A stretch of 63,437 bases of DNA, the filler included, from Folioceros fuciformis (Eukaryota): NCBI GenBank assembly GCA_049999805.1. It is 7 parts of 7 records of this genome, joined end to end, with 100 filler letters (N's around TTAATTAATTAA, not from the genome) between each part and the next. Parts side by side here need not be neighbours in the genome. Positions count along the whole stretch, not along the records: positions 61,013 to 62,043 come from JBNGIO010005447.1; positions 62,144 to 63,437 come from JBNGIO010005451.1; 5 more parts are not named here. The stretch is one strand, 5' to 3'. A program made the position numbers and the translations under genes. The notes beneath the pieces were generated by a model. The model saw only the letters and a list, made by a program, of their open reading frames with translations. It was not told the origin of the DNA and searched no databases. Within the stretch, counting starts at the first letter, position 1. Every line of letters begins with the position of its first letter. This document shows positions 61,474-63,437 of the stretch, one piece after another.

Positions 61474-62143
61474 AGGTGTAATGACCAGGGTGTAGGGGCT
61501 TGCCCCTAGCTCTTGATTGTAAAGGGTGTGTCTTTCTCTCGACCTGTCCACTCTTGTTCCTTGCTTGGTCAAGTGCTGTAGGCCGGCCATGTCTCATGGC
61601 GTCTGGTAAGGTTGTGGGGAGGAGATACCCAAGAGGGGAGTGTGTTCCCTTCTTCCTTTTGTTTGGGGTTAGTCTAGTGACTCTTGCCGGGTAGGAGGAG
61701 TCCGTAGGGAAGTGTAGAAGGTAGTGGTGTCGTTGCTGGTAGTTGTTGGTGTTGGTGTTGGTGCTGGAGCGAGAGAGTGAGTGAAGTGAGTGAAGGAAGT
61801 CGCAGATCTGAGAGGTTAGAGTCGTTGTAGTGACTGGAGTGAGTTTGTGGGCACCGAGAGAGGTGCAGCTGACCGCCGGACAGCGAGGCCTGTCCTACGC
61901 CTGATCGGAGCTGGAGGGGAGCCCTCGAATCCATCATCGAGTTGATCAAGTCCGACCCTCCATCCACAGCAGCAAGGAACCCCATCGCTCCTTCGTGGGA
62001 ACGAAACCCAATGTCTCAACGACAGTGGGATAAGTGTGGCCACNNNNNNNNNNNNNNNNNNNNNNNNNNNNNNNNNNNNNNNNNNNNTTAATTAATTAAN
62101 NNNNNNNNNNNNNNNNNNNNNNNNNNNNNNNNNNNNNNNNNNN

Positions 62144-63437
62144 TAGGAGGGGGGACGAGACCCTCCCATTCGAGGGTATAGGAGGGGGGACGAGACCCTC
62201 CCATTCGAGGGTATAGGAGGGGGGACGAGACCCTCCCATTCGAGGGTATAGGAGGGGGGAATCTGACTGTGTCAAACCCGGGGGAATCTGACTGTGTCAA
62301 ACCCGGGGGAATTGCCAAGCTCGCCTGAAAGCAATGCGGATAGCAATCTAGTCGGAAAGGATTCACCGGCTCTCTCCCTGAGGCGGTCTGGGAAACGGCC
62401 CAAGACCCGGCTGCAGTTGGACTGGCAGGAAGGTGCTTGGGTGTGTGAGATGTCCAAGGTCGGCCTGATTCTGAAAAAACAGGGGCGGGGGCAGNNNNNN
62501 NNNNNNNNNNNNNNNNNNNNNNNNNNNNNNNNNNNNNNNNNNNNNNNNNNNNNNNNNNNNNNNNNNNNNNNNNNNNNNNNNNNNNNNNNNNNNNCTTATG
62601 ATCCTACCAGACACTATACAACCGGCAACACGCTGCCCGCGTGTGAGCTCTCGATCTTTGGGGATCGGGTCTCGTTCCCTCCCATTCGGGGGCAGAGGAG
62701 AAAGCCAGGGACCGGGGTGGTCTATGGAGGCGGTTGGTGTGGAGACGCTGATAATGGACATGCTGGTGGAGCAGACGAACGACATTACCACCTTGGACCC
62801 TAACAGCGAGAAACATCTGCGGTACACGGATACTAGGATTGATGAGCAAGAGTGACAAATTTCCATCAAGGGCATGCCGATGTCGCTGGTGTTGGAGGAC
62901 AGTGGCGGCAAGTCCTATCTGTGCAATTTGATGGACACACCGGGGCACGTGAATTTCTCGGATGAGATGACAGCCGCGTTGCGGCTNNNNNNNNNNNNNN
63001 NNNNNNNNNNNNNNNNNNNNNNNNNNNNNNNNNNNNNNNNNNNNNNNNNNNNNNNNNNNNNNNNNNNNNNNNNNNNNNNNNNNNNNTAGGAGGGGGGACG
63101 AGACCCTCCCATTCGAGGGTATAGGAGGGGGGACGAGACCCTCCCATTCGAGGGTATAGGAGGGGGGACGAGACCCTCCCATTCGAGGGTATAGGAGGGG
63201 GGAATCTGACTGTGTCAAACCCGGGGGAATCTGACTGTGTCAAACCCGGGGGAATTGCCAAGCTCGCCTGAAAGCAATGCGGATAGCAATCTAGTCGGAA
63301 AGGATTCACCGGCTCTCTCCCTGAGGCGGTCTGGGAAACGGCCCAAGACCCGGCTGCAGTTGGACTGGCAGGAAGGTGCTTGGGTGTGTGAGATGTCCAA
63401 GGTCGGCCTGATTCTGAAAAAACAGGGGCGGGGGCAG
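62144..63437 (+). repeat. 351-bp block present twice (62144-62494 and 63087-63437), containing 35-bp hairpin-bearing and ~26-bp tandem repeats
   Basis: taggaggggggacgagaccctcccattcgagggta x3 and gggggaatctgactgtgtcaaacc x2; the blocks appear identical. Confidence 0.9.
62742..62985 (+). pseudogene. Fragment of U5 snRNP GTPase Snu114/EFTUD2 (GFA1/CLO-like) with an in-frame stop
   Basis: [74 protein letters not shown] at 62853-62855 where Arg is expected. Confidence 0.9.

Noticed and set aside
61676-61695. tagtgactcttgccggg as a tRNA-Arg PBS of an Ogre/Tat element
   Set aside because: Too degenerate, and no clear LTR terminus directly upstream
62144-63437. Identical 351-bp blocks as paired LTRs of a small element
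   Set aside because: Both copies begin and end exactly at gap or window edges with no visible termini or TSD; likely the same collapsed contig placed twice

Overview
Eukaryotic land-plant genomic DNA. Compact genes with short GT-AG introns suggest a non-seed plant, but the species cannot be determined. The window is NOT contiguous: seven unrelated scaffolds are joined by artificial 100-nt linkers (N44-TTAATTAATTAA-N44) at 21479, 33691, 43198, 49657, 60913 and 62044, and there are also internal N gaps. Host genes: two tandem full-size ABCG/PDR transporters, tubulin-folding cofactor C, an ANTH/AP180 clathrin assembly protein, a TMEM185(Fragile-X-F)-RING protein, a RETICULATA-related DUF3411 gene, the farnesyl/geranylgeranyl-transferase alpha subunit and a TMEM144-like transporter. 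The rest is TE-derived: Ty3/gypsy, a nested cluster of four Ty1/copia elements, LINE and TRIM/MITE-like remnants, minisatellites and a captured Snu114/EFTUD2 fragment. Most notable: (1) diverged copia elements carry a decayed but protein-level-conserved ANTISENSE ORF between RNase H and the PPT (transmembrane helix plus helical/coiled-coil region), next to a covarying hairpin; (2) a chromovirus with non-canonical 5'-AG...CT-3' LTR termini, supported by a 5-bp TSD and an adjacent empty site; (3) a gypsy 3' extra ORF made of two tandem RT-thumb-like repeats.
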